From the IMG/VR virus record IMGVR_UViG_3300006922_000026, positions 1 through 56,304 of that record: a stretch of DNA of 56,304 nt. The stretch is one strand, 5' to 3'. The stretch is from a virus (lineage: Duplodnaviria > Caudoviricetes). Position numbers and translations under genes: made by a program. The stretch's first letter is position 1; each line of letters opens with the position of its first letter. This document shows, in pieces, positions 8,388 through 18,271 of this stretch. The notes under the pieces are model-generated. The model saw nothing but the letters and a program-made list of their open reading frames with translations, was not told the origin of the DNA and made no database searches.

Positions 8388-9197
8388 CTATAATAACTCG
8401 AACCAGTACTCAGCGATACGTTTGTGTGTCTTAGGCCCAGGGTGCTGATGGTCCCGAGCATGATCCGTTTCTACTATCTTTGGATCAATGTTTGCAAATA
8501 CACCTTCTGGCATAACTTGCTCGATAATATTGTTAGTTGCTCTGCTCCAACTCCATATACTTAGAGTTTTATCTATAGCAATGTCGTTAATCCAGTTTAG
8601 GTAATTGATAGTCCTATTAGTTTCTAATAGTTCGTTGTTACTTTTAAAATAATCTACGTGTTTGCTATTGTTAGGATCTAATCCTGGACCAGGTATTAAA
8701 TTTGTGTGTTGCCAAAGTGGGTGATTATACTCTGGCCAACAAAACCTTCCATGGTCTGGTAATAGCATTAGTGCAAAATCAAAATCCACAACACGTTTTG
8801 CTACAGTATAGCATTTAGCAATGTTCTCTATGCTACTGCCTACCATACCAAAGTTTAGCAATGAGTAACTCGGATACATTTTATTAAGGTGTTGTACAAA
8901 TGTATCTTGCTCATCTACACCTACACCAAATGTACAACTGTCGCCAAATATTGCTATACGTGTTTTTCTACTTATATCAAGATTCCAAGTGCCTCTAAAG
9001 CCGTACTCGTTAATGTTGTAAGTAGTGCCTATTGGATCTACTTCCCATTCCTTGCTATCTTTAAATGGTCCGCATGTAAACGACTGTTTAGGTTTGTACT
9101 CCGGACAAGTTAACATATACTCATGAAACTTCACAAGGTCGTGCTTGTTATTCATCAATGCTGGACTTAATTGTGATAGGTTGTCTATGCCGTCCAT
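8388..9197 (-). CDS. SGNH/GDSL-like hydrolase fold protein
   Basis: FGDSCTFG block I, NFGMVGSS block II, DHQHPG block V. Confidence 0.75.
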   Translation of the reverse strand: MDGIDNLSQLSPALMNNKHDLVKFHEYMLTCPEYKPKQSFTCGPFKDSKEWEVDPIGTTYNINEYGFRGTWNLDISRKTRIAIFGDSCTFGVGVDEQDTFVQHLNKMYPSYSLLNFGMVGSSIENIAKCYTVAKRVVDFDFALMLLPDHGRFCWPEYNHPLWQHTNLIPGPGLDPNNSKHVDYFKSNNELLETNRTINYLNWINDIAIDKTLSIWSWSRATNNIIEQVMPEGVFANIDPKIVETDHARDHQHPGPKTHKRIAEYWFELL

Positions 9198-10165
9198 AGT
9201 ATGCTACCAGAGTTGTTTTGTTTTACTTCTTGTACGAATTGGTCTGGACTTGGTTCGTAATACTTTTCATCATACTCTTTAGGCTTATCAACAAAGTCTG
9301 TGTGTGGGTTGCCACACAATACAAATGGACCTTTTTGAATATCTAACTTAATGCCTAATGTTTTATCCTTAGGTATATGAAATCCTAATTGACACCAATG
9401 ATTAAAGTTATCACTGCCACGTCCTGGATTGTTGTTTACAAATTCTGTATCTTCACTGTATGCCTTCCAATGGAATACCATAAAGTTGTGTCCTTCTGGT
9501 CTTGGAACTTCCATGATAAATCTTAGGTCGTCTTCTTTAGGATAGTTCTTTAGATCAAGACTAAACATAAGTGTTTCATTGTCTACAGGATGATCGTCAA
9601 TACGTGTAGGACGTAATCCTGGTAATGGATATAGCATACCCATCTTTAGGTTAACAGGAAACTGTTCAATGTAACGTTTTTCTTTTTCAACTTCTTCTAA
9701 GAACAATGTACTTTGATACAGGTTAATCTTATCTGGAATAGCAACGCAACCTTGTTGTCTTGCAATCAAGTCGCTATAGATACGTGTAAAGTTTCTTTCA
9801 ATACCAATGTCGCCAAGTGTTTCACTAATAACTAAATCAAAGTAATTTGATGGAGCCTCGTTAACATCTGCGATTATTCTATAGTTTGTAACGTTGTTTA
9901 GTTTGCATAGTTCTTCAATGGTTCCATGTAAACTTGTTTGGTTCTCACAGAACCATACTTCTTTTGCACCCTGTAATGACGCATAGATACCAAGCAATCC
10001 TGTGCCTGCTCCAAAGTCAATTACAGTTTTACCTTCTGCATGTTTTTTAATTCTACTAAAGAAACCTTGACAACGTGCATGATCTTTAATCATACACATA
10101 TGACTGGCATGATCAGCAAACTCGTGATCAAATAAAGCAAAGGTATGGTCGCAAAATTTATCCAC
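9185..10165 (-). CDS. PRMT-like SAM-dependent methyltransferase
   Basis: [28 protein letters not shown], double-E loop [17 protein letters not shown]-like NHWCQ. Confidence 0.8.
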   Translation of the reverse strand: MDKFCDHTFALFDHEFADHASHMCMIKDHARCQGFFSRIKKHAEGKTVIDFGAGTGLLGIYASLQGAKEVWFCENQTSLHGTIEELCKLNNVTNYRIIADVNEAPSNYFDLVISETLGDIGIERNFTRIYSDLIARQQGCVAIPDKINLYQSTLFLEEVEKEKRYIEQFPVNLKMGMLYPLPGLRPTRIDDHPVDNETLMFSLDLKNYPKEDDLRFIMEVPRPEGHNFMVFHWKAYSEDTEFVNNNPGRGSDNFNHWCQLGFHIPKDKTLGIKLDIQKGPFVLCGNPHTDFVDKPKEYDEKYYEPSPDQFVQEVKQNNSGSILWTA

Positions 10166-10745
10166 GATTAGCGATTACCGTATCTGCAAGTCCGTAATCA
10201 ACTGCTTCTTGGGCACTCATAAAGTTATCTCTATCCATGTCTGCTTCAAGTGTAGCATAATCTTTGCCTGTGTGCTTTTCATACAGTTTAGTCAATGTTT
10301 CTTTCCAATACTGTAATTCTTTGTATTGAATCTCAACATCACTTGCTTGTCCTTGTGTTCCACCTAATGGTTGGTGTATCATGTGTCTTGCATGTGGTAA
10401 GATTTTACGTTTGCCTGGCTCACCTGCCATTGCAAGGAAACTTCCCATACTTGCCGCTTGACCCATTACAATAGTATTCACTGGCGAATTGATAAACTGC
10501 ATTGTGTCATAGATAGACATACCTGCGGTTACACTACCACCTGGACTATTAATATAAAAGTTAATTGGTTTCTTTGGATTTTCACTTTCCAAGAAAAGCA
10601 TTTGTGATACAATTAAACTTGCAGACGTACTGTTTACATCTGTGTCTAACATTATAATACGATCTTTTAGTAGACGACTGTAAATATCATAACTACGTTC
10701 GCCACGTTGTTCTTTCTCAATTACTACTGGTACTAAATTAGGCAT
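10158..10745 (-). CDS. clpP: ClpP protease
   Basis: [29 protein letters not shown] (Ser), MIHQP (His), DRD; start revised to ATG 10745. Confidence 0.97.
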   Translation of the reverse strand: MPNLVPVVIEKEQRGERSYDIYSRLLKDRIIMLDTDVNSTSASLIVSQMLFLESENPKKPINFYINSPGGSVTAGMSIYDTMQFINSPVNTIVMGQAASMGSFLAMAGEPGKRKILPHARHMIHQPLGGTQGQASDVEIQYKELQYWKETLTKLYEKHTGKDYATLEADMDRDNFMSAQEAVDYGLADTVIANRG

Positions 10746-10977
10746 ATCGCCCCTCCTTCGTTCTGTATACTTCTTTCGGGCCTGGTGTTGTAAACTCATA
10801 GCCAAATGCGTTACCAATGTATATACTTCTACCATTCCATTTCATATGGATTTTATTTGTAGCCATAAACACATTCATCGATTCTTTTTCTCTAAAGTTG
10901 TCTACTTCTGCTTCAACTACTTTATCGTTATCTGTACAAGTTACCATACAAGTCTTTTCGTAAACACTATTCGCCAT
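10738..10977 (-). CDS. Hypothetical protein
   Basis: 79 aa ORF coupled to clpP. Confidence 0.7.
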   Translation of the reverse strand: MANSVYEKTCMVTCTDNDKVVEAEVDNFREKESMNVFMATNKIHMKWNGRSIYIGNAFGYEFTTPGPKEVYRTKEGRYA

Positions 10978-11215
10978 TGCTTATCCTTTTTTTAATTGTT
11001 ATATATTCTAACATATCCCATACTATAAAGTAAAGAAAAAATGTTGCCAAACTGCCAAACCACCCGCCAAAAAAGTACACGGGTATCAAGTAAAAGAAGA
11101 TAACAAATTTATACAAGTATCCTCTTACCATTCTCTTAGGAACGTAATGCATAGGCCATTGTCCAATATTTTCTATTGGTGGCTTCTTTCTAAAATCTTC
11201 GTATTCCCAGTTCAT
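10967..11215 (-). CDS. Small membrane protein
   Basis: Aromatic/hydrophobic double TM; overlapping start/stop. Confidence 0.65.
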   Translation of the reverse strand: MNWEYEDFRKKPPIENIGQWPMHYVPKRMVRGYLYKFVIFFYLIPVYFFGGWFGSLATFFLYFIVWDMLEYITIKKRISNGE

Positions 11216-11694
11216 AGTGTATATTCAAAATTTTGTGTTTGATGATGTATGGCTACTTGTTTAGCACCATTCTTAATATGAAAGTGTGTTGCCATAGGAT
11301 TTAACGGACTTAATGTTACTACTCTTTTTATACCGTTCTTCTTTGCGAATTCTAAAACTTTTTTAATGATCTCTTTACCTGCTCCACGTTTGCGACTCCA
11401 TACAGTGTATGCAATAGCAATATTCTTTTCGTCTTTCAAGTGTGCAAGTTCGCTCATTAGATCTAATTCTTTTACATTGTGCGGAACATCATTTGTAAAT
11501 GCAATACAAATAATTCCTTCAATTTCATTTTCATATTTTAAACCGTAAATCTTACGACCTTTACTAATACGCCAGCCAAGTGTTAGTTCGGGTCTAACAG
11601 GATCTTCACTTACATCGATATCATCGAGCTCAACAAGTTCAGTACCTTTTACCCATCTAAAAAATTCTTCGCTTTTGTCCTTGAACAACTTCAT
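11212..11694 (-). CDS. GNAT-like fold phage protein
   Basis: AYTVWSRKRGAGKEII acetyl-CoA-binding-like motif; ATHFHIKNG. Confidence 0.65.
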   Translation of the reverse strand: MKLFKDKSEEFFRWVKGTELVELDDIDVSEDPVRPELTLGWRISKGRKIYGLKYENEIEGIICIAFTNDVPHNVKELDLMSELAHLKDEKNIAIAYTVWSRKRGAGKEIIKKVLEFAKKNGIKRVVTLSPLNPMATHFHIKNGAKQVAIHHQTQNFEYTL

Positions 11695-12419
11695 ACTTTA
11701 TTCCTTTTTATAATCTTTAATACTTTTTGACGCATACGTGCATTGTCAAAGTATTCATATGCTTTATGTAAAGGTGTAGGTGGAAGTTGATTCTTTAGTG
11801 TAATACAAGAGTTAATAGGACTATGAAAGCCTAACTGATCTAACTCATGCGAGTCAAACTCAACAAGATTAATTTTTTCATCTGTGTTGAACTTAACATA
11901 CATTAAAGGATCTCCTTCATTAATGCTAATACGTGTTGCATCAGGTTTCTTTTGGAACAATGGGCGTACACCTGGACGAAACCATCTGCCAATATCATAA
12001 CTGCCACACAATGGATTAACTGATTCTGTATATCCGTTGTTGTGATAATACGGTGGTAAGTTTGTAGCCATTAATGGCTTGTCTGCAAAAAATATGTAAC
12101 CAAAGCCAAGTTGGTGAATACCGTTCTTGCCTTGTGGGTCTCCAAAGAATATTGCTCCGAACTCTGGATCTTGTCTGTGTATTTTTAGTTGACCGTTATC
12201 GTTGTATTCAAGTTCAACTGTTACAGGAGATTTGATAACAACTGTTTTAGTCATCTCTTCTACCATACCAGGACAATGCAATAATGATGGTCCAAGCCAT
12301 TCTTTGTAATCTATGTTCTTGTGTAAGAACTCCGGCTCTTGAAATCGTAGTGGACTAATGAAATGTCTTTCACCACTACCTGGAGCAATCGCTCTTGTCC
12401 AATATACATTAACGGTCAT
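11691..12419 (-). CDS. Conserved phage hypothetical protein (beta-rich)
   Basis: CP...GSYDIGRWFRP...INEGDPLMYVKF pattern common in large phages. Confidence 0.7.
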   Translation of the reverse strand: MTVNVYWTRAIAPGSGERHFISPLRFQEPEFLHKNIDYKEWLGPSLLHCPGMVEEMTKTVVIKSPVTVELEYNDNGQLKIHRQDPEFGAIFFGDPQGKNGIHQLGFGYIFFADKPLMATNLPPYYHNNGYTESVNPLCGSYDIGRWFRPGVRPLFQKKPDATRISINEGDPLMYVKFNTDEKINLVEFDSHELDQLGFHSPINSCITLKNQLPPTPLHKAYEYFDNARMRQKVLKIIKRNKV

Positions 12420-13176
12420 AATCGTTAAACCACATTTTATAAGGTTGCCCTTGTTTGCTGTCTTTTCTTACAAAGCCAAACTGACCAATGTTGAAACTTA
12501 ATGTAACTCTTTCAACATCACTCTTGAAAGGATATACTGCATGTCGCATAGCACCTGGAAAGAAAATACAATCACCTGTTGTTGGTGTATAGTTTATTCC
12601 ACTGCTCTGCCATATGTCATCAATCAAACCACCAGTGAATGTAATGTCGCCTGGTACTGGTTGATTAGTATATTCTTTTGCCTTGTCTTTTTCTTCTTTA
12701 ATTACTTCAGGTATATCAATATACAAACTTGCACTAATTAAACTGTTAGGGTGTGTATGCATTGGATTAAACTCACCTGCTTTAGTTACGTTAACCCAAG
12801 GATAACCTAATAGTTCTATTGCAAGATCATGTTCGTCCTCTGATGGCATTTCATCAAGATTGCTTACTTGTAGTCCACTGCGAATATAATTGTTACAGTG
12901 TTCTGCCATTATGGTGATAAACCTGTTTTGTTCTTCTGGAGTTCCTATACTTTTTAAGTCGTACTGTCCAGCAATGTTGCCACTTAGGCTTTGACCCATT
13001 GGATCGCTCTTAGCCTGTGCTTCTTTAGATAGTTTTTGTAAAAACGCTAAATCGTCATCTGTGAACTTTCCAATATAGAGGCTTGGTCCAAAAGGTTTAC
13101 GTATTTCGTATCCTTTAGATTCCTCAGTCCAACCGTGACCGTTATACTTAAATTGTCTATCTATTGTTTTCGGCAA
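12409..13176 (-). CDS. TIGR02466-like 2OG-Fe(II) oxygenase
   Basis: WVN...FNPMHTH...FFPG.MRHAVYP...RVTLSFN; start tentatively TTG 13176. Confidence 0.8.
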   Translation of the reverse strand: MPKTIDRQFKYNGHGWTEESKGYEIRKPFGPSLYIGKFTDDDLAFLQKLSKEAQAKSDPMGQSLSGNIAGQYDLKSIGTPEEQNRFITIMAEHCNNYIRSGLQVSNLDEMPSEDEHDLAIELLGYPWVNVTKAGEFNPMHTHPNSLISASLYIDIPEVIKEEKDKAKEYTNQPVPGDITFTGGLIDDIWQSSGINYTPTTGDCIFFPGAMRHAVYPFKSDVERVTLSFNIGQFGFVRKDSKQGQPYKMWFNDYDR

Positions 13177-13354
13177 TTCTTTGTTCCTTCTTACGTCTTG
13201 CAATACCACGCTTCTTTGCTTCACGTCTTTTTTCACTTGGCTTCATGTAGTGTTGTCTTTCTCTTAACTCTTCCATGATTCCGTTTTTCTTCATTTTACG
13301 TTTCATAAGCCTTAGGGCCTTTTCAACGTTGTTATTTCTTACGATTATTTCCAT
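13157..13354 (-). CDS. rpsU: Ribosomal protein bS21 (copy 1)
   Basis: IIVRNNNVEKALRLMKRK...ELRERQHYMKPSEKRR. Confidence 0.92.
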   Translation of the reverse strand: MEIIVRNNNVEKALRLMKRKMKKNGIMEELRERQHYMKPSEKRREAKKRGIARRKKEQRIAENNR

Positions 13355-13368
13355 TTAACTCCTTTAGG

Positions 13369-13590
13369 TTAGTGTAGTGTTCTGCTTATATCCTCGTCCT
13401 CTGTTAAGTCTACACCAAAATACTTGTAACAGATTTCGATTATTGATTCTGGCACTGTATGTTCCTCTTTGCCTTCTGGAATAAACAGGCCTTTCAACTC
13501 CCCGTCCGGACCAAAGATTAGACCCCAATCTCCGTCCTCTAAACTATCTTCGAATATTACTAAGTCTGCAGGATCTACTTTCTTAGACAT
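13369..13590 (-). CDS. Acidic hypothetical protein
   Basis: Start revised to ATG 13590 with GAGGAG RBS. Confidence 0.65.
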   Translation of the reverse strand: MSKKVDPADLVIFEDSLEDGDWGLIFGPDGELKGLFIPEGKEEHTVPESIIEICYKYFGVDLTEDEDISRTLH

Positions 13591-13627
13591 ATAGTTCTCC
13601 TCTTCGATGTGTTTGTACTGCATTTAC

Positions 13628-14317
13628 TTAACCGAATCTAACATAGTTTAATTGTGTTTCTGGTAACTTTGTAATAAAGTTTTCGCCGTGTCTTTTTACT
13701 TTAGCCTTAACTTTAATTACATCTTTTTCCTTAGGTAGTACAGCCTCAGGTTTAAACTCTTTAAAAAATGAAACAAGGTTGTTATCTATGTTGCCGTTAA
13801 TAACATGACACCCAAACTTTTCAACCCACTTGATTTCATTTACTGTTAGTTCGCCTTGAATAACTTCACCTGGTAAACCAATATGTTTGCTTTCACCAAA
13901 TGATTCTTTAATTACTTTCTTATAATCTTTCTTGTGCTTTTGTTCAAAGTAAACTTTTGGTAATAATGCAATAACACCAAACTCACTTCCGTGTATTTCT
14001 TTACTATTCATATGTGAAACAAGTGTTTCCATAAAGTTGCTTAATGTTCCTGCAATCTGTTGTAATGATGTGTCCCTGTTTATAAATGCAACTGCCTCTT
14101 TAGCATTGGTATAGTCTTCGGCAATTGGTTTATACTGGCCTATAATAAAATCTTCAGGCGGAGTATGAAGGTAATCACTACAATATGCAAGGATCTCTTT
14201 GTTAGCAAACAACGTAGGTGTATCTTCAGAAAATCTACGTGTGTCTTTAACTAACGATCCGTTTACTCTGTATGCTGTAAATGCCTTTGCTAATGTTTCT
14301 GTCGTATTATATTTCAT
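13628..14317 (-). CDS. Hypothetical protein with C-terminal OB-like fold
   Basis: HIG..GE...VKAKVKRH...ETQLNYV beta pattern; own sigma70 promoter. Confidence 0.7.
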   Translation of the reverse strand: MKYNTTETLAKAFTAYRVNGSLVKDTRRFSEDTPTLFANKEILAYCSDYLHTPPEDFIIGQYKPIAEDYTNAKEAVAFINRDTSLQQIAGTLSNFMETLVSHMNSKEIHGSEFGVIALLPKVYFEQKHKKDYKKVIKESFGESKHIGLPGEVIQGELTVNEIKWVEKFGCHVINGNIDNNLVSFFKEFKPEAVLPKEKDVIKVKAKVKRHGENFITKLPETQLNYVRFG

Positions 14318-14347
14318 GCCTGAGTGTGCCTTTCTAATTATAACAAT

Positions 14348-14376
14348 AGTATACTATCGTTGCTTCAAAAAGTCAA
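14348..14376 (-). promoter_or_regulatory. Sigma70-type promoter
   Basis: TTGACT-17 nt-TATACT. Confidence 0.7.
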
Positions 14377-14391
14377 GTAAAAAATTACCAA

Positions 14392-14958
14392 TTATAGGAT
14401 ATGATCTGCGATATTAAGGTCAACCATTTGTTTGGCTGTGTAGTATTGGTCGGAAGGATTTTTGATAAACTTATTACGAACTTCTTGTATAGTCATACCA
14501 GTTGCATCACGTAATATTTGCATACATCTTGTTTCGCAGTTTTGGTTCTCTTTCATCTGTGCTTTGATGTCATGCATTTTGGCATCCATATTATCACTGT
14601 GTTGATGATTCATGCTACCTGCATTTTTACCAATATAACGTTGTCCTTCTTTACCACTTGCAAAGATTAAAAATCCTGCACTCATAACTGCACCAATTCC
14701 TATAGTGCTTATGTTGTGATAACTGTTCTTCATTACATCAATAAGAGCAAACATCTCATAGAGATCTCCGCCTGGGGTATTGATATACAATTGAAGTGTA
14801 CGTTTTGGTTTTTTGACTAAATTTGCACTTATGATCCATTTGATAGTTTCACTGACATTTTCACTTGTGATTTCTCCAGTGAGATAGTGAATATCGTTAT
14901 CAAGTAGATTACGATCTATAGCATCAGCGGCTGAAAAGAATTCGTTCTGTTTACTCAT
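14392..14958 (-). CDS. Divergent ClpP-family protease (second copy)
   Basis: LYINTPGG, AVMSAG (Ser), SMNHQ (His), DQYYTA..M...IADHIL. Confidence 0.88.
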   Translation of the reverse strand: MSKQNEFFSAADAIDRNLLDNDIHYLTGEITSENVSETIKWIISANLVKKPKRTLQLYINTPGGDLYEMFALIDVMKNSYHNISTIGIGAVMSAGFLIFASGKEGQRYIGKNAGSMNHQHSDNMDAKMHDIKAQMKENQNCETRCMQILRDATGMTIQEVRNKFIKNPSDQYYTAKQMVDLNIADHIL

Positions 14959-15451
14959 ATGCTTCTTTGTACTTATCTAAGTCGTCCCATGTCCATGGCT
15001 TTTTCTGTAATCCTTCTTTATCAACCCACTGTAGAAACAGTCCTACTTCTCGTCCATGTGCTTCTATTTCCCAAGGTCGATCCCAGTATTTTGGCATTTT
15101 CTTATATTCTTTGCCGTCAAATCTTGTAGTCTTTGTGTTCTCTAATTCTACCCAACGTCCTGTTGCAAACTGTGAAATATGCACCATTTCGTGTGCTATA
15201 GATTCTAACATTCTACGCAAAGTAAACGTCTTATCAACACGTAACGTATATTCTTTGGGTCTAAAGTTATTGTCCTCGTATACAACGTCAGCAAGACTAC
15301 CGCACTCTTTGTATAGATTACCCATTAGTTCTATGTCTATTTCTAACTTATCAGCAGTTTTATCTGTCATCAAATAGTAACCTGAAAATACTGCTATACT
15401 TTCTACTAATGCACGTTCTTTCTTTGTGCCACCTGTGATGTTTAAGAACAT
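14951..15451 (-). CDS. Zinc metallopeptidase-like protein (HExxH)
   Basis: IAHEMVHISQ and PWEIEA. Confidence 0.8.
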   Translation of the reverse strand: MFLNITGGTKKERALVESIAVFSGYYLMTDKTADKLEIDIELMGNLYKECGSLADVVYEDNNFRPKEYTLRVDKTFTLRRMLESIAHEMVHISQFATGRWVELENTKTTRFDGKEYKKMPKYWDRPWEIEAHGREVGLFLQWVDKEGLQKKPWTWDDLDKYKEAYE

Positions 15452-15483
15452 TTTGAACCCTTTATTTTACGATCGTTATATGT

Positions 15484-15512
15484 ATTATACATTATTGTAC
15501 ACCACTTGTCAA
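15484..15512 (-). promoter_or_regulatory. Sigma70-type promoter
   Basis: TTGACA-17 nt-TATAAT, perfect consensus. Confidence 0.8.
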
Positions 15513-15557
15513 GTATAATGTGAGTACTTAAATTACTTATCCATTCAATAAATAATA

Positions 15558-15656
15558 GTGTTGGAGCGTGAGGGCACCCAACAATACAGAATTCGCAAGT
15601 TAGGAGAAGGCGCTAACATGTTCGTCCACTTAGAAATAAGATGGGCGGTTTTTTTT
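15558..15656 (+). ncRNA. Candidate late small RNA
   Basis: ATAAATA late-promoter motif at 15548-15554, two GC-rich hairpins, then terminator CGTCCACTTA/TAAGATGGGCG + T8. Confidence 0.5.
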
Positions 15657-15659
15657 GAC

Positions 15660-15869
15660 TTAATCTTCTTCAGATCGCAATTTAATTGCTTGACGCTGTT
15701 CAAGTTGAGATCTAAACATCTCAACAACGTTGGGGTCGTTATTTGTATGCTTAATAAACAGGTTCAGTCCAGTCCAAGAATTACCTATGAATAGTAATTT
15801 TCCTGATTTATACAGACTTGACTTGCTGTCTTGAGTTACAAATGTATATTGTTTGTGGGTATACTTCAA
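15660..15869 (-). CDS. Hypothetical protein
   Basis: 69 aa, TTG start overlapping upstream stop, AGGA RBS. Confidence 0.6.
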   Translation of the reverse strand: MKYTHKQYTFVTQDSKSSLYKSGKLLFIGNSWTGLNLFIKHTNNDPNVVEMFRSQLEQRQAIKLRSEED

Positions 15870-16324
15870 ATGAGTCCTTTCGCTTTCGCTACAAAATAAA
15901 AGATTGATCCTAACATAATAACACAGAAGCCTAATAATACAGTAATTGATACTGCTTCAACTAATGCTTTTCTCCGTTGTAATTGTTTGTAAACAGTTTG
16001 CTCTCGTTTCTTTCTTATGCTTCGACGCATCTCTTTGAGTTCGTCCATAGTGCCGTAGCCAAAACGCATATTAAGAATAATGGACAGTTCTTTTTCCTGT
16101 TCCATAATTTTCTTTTCGTGTATTAATAGATTAAGTGCTTCTTCTTCGACACTGCCGGCGGCAAACAATTTTTTGAATATTGGAGGTTTCTTTTGTTCTT
16201 GTTGTGCGTGTCTAAAATCTGACACTGCTGTATACCATTTGCCAAGTTGTCCTGCTACTTGTTCGAACTCTTGACCTGCATTAACAAACTTCTTTACTGT
16301 GCTGAACGCTGTTGTGGCGGCCAT
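15866..16324 (-). CDS. Coiled-coil protein with C-terminal TM helix
   Basis: 152 aa; the frame extends upstream as I-I-D-P-I-S-A-V (possible AUA start at 16348). Confidence 0.75.
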   Translation of the reverse strand: MAATTAFSTVKKFVNAGQEFEQVAGQLGKWYTAVSDFRHAQQEQKKPPIFKKLFAAGSVEEEALNLLIHEKKIMEQEKELSIILNMRFGYGTMDELKEMRRSIRKKREQTVYKQLQRRKALVEAVSITVLLGFCVIMLGSIFYFVAKAKGLI

Positions 16325-16392
16325 TACTGCACTAATTGGATCTATTATTTTGCCCTACACTCTCTACAGGGGCCCATTCCTGCTAACTGTAT

Positions 16393-16812
16393 TTATGAAA
16401 TATTACACCAGTATTGTTCTGCACCAGGTTGGAGAGATTCACACCCTCGTATTAATAATTCTAACATCACAGGAAGGTCTTGGGCAATACCAGTTATCAT
16501 AGCAAGAAAAATAAACAGAAAAAATGCTATAATAGGACTTAATAAAATTAACCACCAATAGGTTCTAAGTATTCCGTGTCCATGTGCTTTACGATATTCA
16601 CGTTTACGTGCAAACCAATGTACTATTGCTCTTGCAATACGTTTAAGTCCGCCTGTAAACCAATCGCCTATAAAGTGTCTAATGATTCTAACAACAATAA
16701 GTATGGGACTTGAAACTACTTCCCATATCAAAAGTAATGCATCGACACAAAGATCAACAACGTGATCGATAGTCCACCATTCTTTAAAACGTTGCCACCT
16801 ACTTTTGTTCAT
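16393..16812 (-). CDS. Membrane hypothetical protein
   Basis: Hydrophobic segments; TAAATA 4 nt before ATG. Confidence 0.7.
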   Translation of the reverse strand: MNKSRWQRFKEWWTIDHVVDLCVDALLLIWEVVSSPILIVVRIIRHFIGDWFTGGLKRIARAIVHWFARKREYRKAHGHGILRTYWWLILLSPIIAFFLFIFLAMITGIAQDLPVMLELLIRGCESLQPGAEQYWCNIS

Positions 16813-16819
16813 ACTGTAT

Positions 16820-18271
16820 TTATTGTTGGGTTAGAGTAGTTGTACCACAACCATTTGCGTTAACACAGGTTTGACTTATTGAGTATGTTTGATTAGTTGA
16901 ACCTTGTTGTGTAAGGTCAAGTCCTGAAGTGTAACCTGACATAGATACAGAAGTGTTATGCTGTCCACTTCCGTCTTGTGTTATGTCAACAGTTTGATCA
17001 CTGCCAACAGCAATTTCTGCATAGTGCGAACCTGCACCTTGTTGATATAAGTCTATATCATTGTCGTCACCTTGTACAGAAATAAATGCTTTTTTATCTC
17101 CGTCATTAAGTTGACTTGTCAAAACATTATTGTTGTCGCCATCTAAATCTAATGCAAGGAAGTGTCCATTAGTTCCTATACCATTATTGTGATTTTGTGT
17201 GATGCTTGTTGTATTAGTGTCGCCATTTATATCAAATTCAACTCTATTGTCGTCTGCACCTGATGTACTACCTTGATCAACAGTTGTTGTATTAGTGTTG
17301 CCTGTGATATCAAACAACATAACATTATTGTCGCCTTTTTGTTTTAGTGTAGTAGTGTTGTTACTTCCTGTAATATCTGCATTTACATAACTGTTTGTTG
17401 TAGATCCAACTCCTGCTATTAAGTTATCATCGCCGTCTTGTACAATAGTGAGTGTATTGCTGTTACCTACTTGATTAATGTATATACCATTGCCACTGTT
17501 TGTTACACCTCTTGATGTTGTTATCTGTGTAGTCTGTGCGTTGCTTATGCTTGATGTATATGTGGTTGTTGTTGCAACTAATCCTTCTTCTTGCAAGGCT
17601 CGATACAAGAAGTCATTCATGTTACTTGCATATTGATGAGTTGAAAGAAATTGTCCATAACCAAACGTTACATAAACTGTACCGCCATTTGAACCGTAAT
17701 CCCATTTATGCATCATTTCAATTGTAGATGTGGTAGTATTAGCAGTAACCATTTCACCACCAGTAATATTGTACATATATTTGTCTGTGCCTGGTAAAAT
17801 ATTTTCACTTGCTGTGCTACTGGCATAATCGCCTCTGGCTATATTTTGATAACCACCATTACTACTACCGGCTTGAGTAAAACTGCCTACACTTAACTTA
17901 CTTTCAATTAAACTTTCTATATTACTATTTCTGGTGGTCGCTCCGTTGGATCCTACTATAAGTAATTTACCGCCGCTTGATAGATAACTTTCATAATTTG
18001 TTTTACAGGTACTACCACAATTTGAAGAACCTGTGATATCAATTACAAGTTCTTTACCTGATATATCAGAACTACTAACGGTACCACTTGTACTACTTGA
18101 AACAGTAAAGCCTGCATCTTCAAGTTCGCTTTTTAAATTAAGGTATTGGCTTGAAGTATTATAACCACCACTATTTTTATAATATATGAAAGCATCATTT
18201 GCAAATGCTTGTATAGGCAATACTAATAATAAAAATAATACACTACTGAACTTGTACAATGTCGATTTCAT
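16820..18271 (-). CDS. Secreted curlin-repeat protein with N-terminal globular domain
   Basis: Signal peptide (..QAFA), many QxGxxN/IxGxxN repeats in C-terminal half; start revised to ATG 18271. Confidence 0.8.
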   Translation of the reverse strand: MKSTLYKFSSVLFLLLVLPIQAFANDAFIYYKNSGGYNTSSQYLNLKSELEDAGFTVSSSTSGTVSSSDISGKELVIDITGSSNCGSTCKTNYESYLSSGGKLLIVGSNGATTRNSNIESLIESKLSVGSFTQAGSSNGGYQNIARGDYASSTASENILPGTDKYMYNITGGEMVTANTTTSTIEMMHKWDYGSNGGTVYVTFGYGQFLSTHQYASNMNDFLYRALQEEGLVATTTTYTSSISNAQTTQITTSRGVTNSGNGIYINQVGNSNTLTIVQDGDDNLIAGVGSTTNSYVNADITGSNNTTTLKQKGDNNVMLFDITGNTNTTTVDQGSTSGADDNRVEFDINGDTNTTSITQNHNNGIGTNGHFLALDLDGDNNNVLTSQLNDGDKKAFISVQGDDNDIDLYQQGAGSHYAEIAVGSDQTVDITQDGSGQHNTSVSMSGYTSGLDLTQQGSTNQTYSISQTCVNANGCGTTTLTQQ

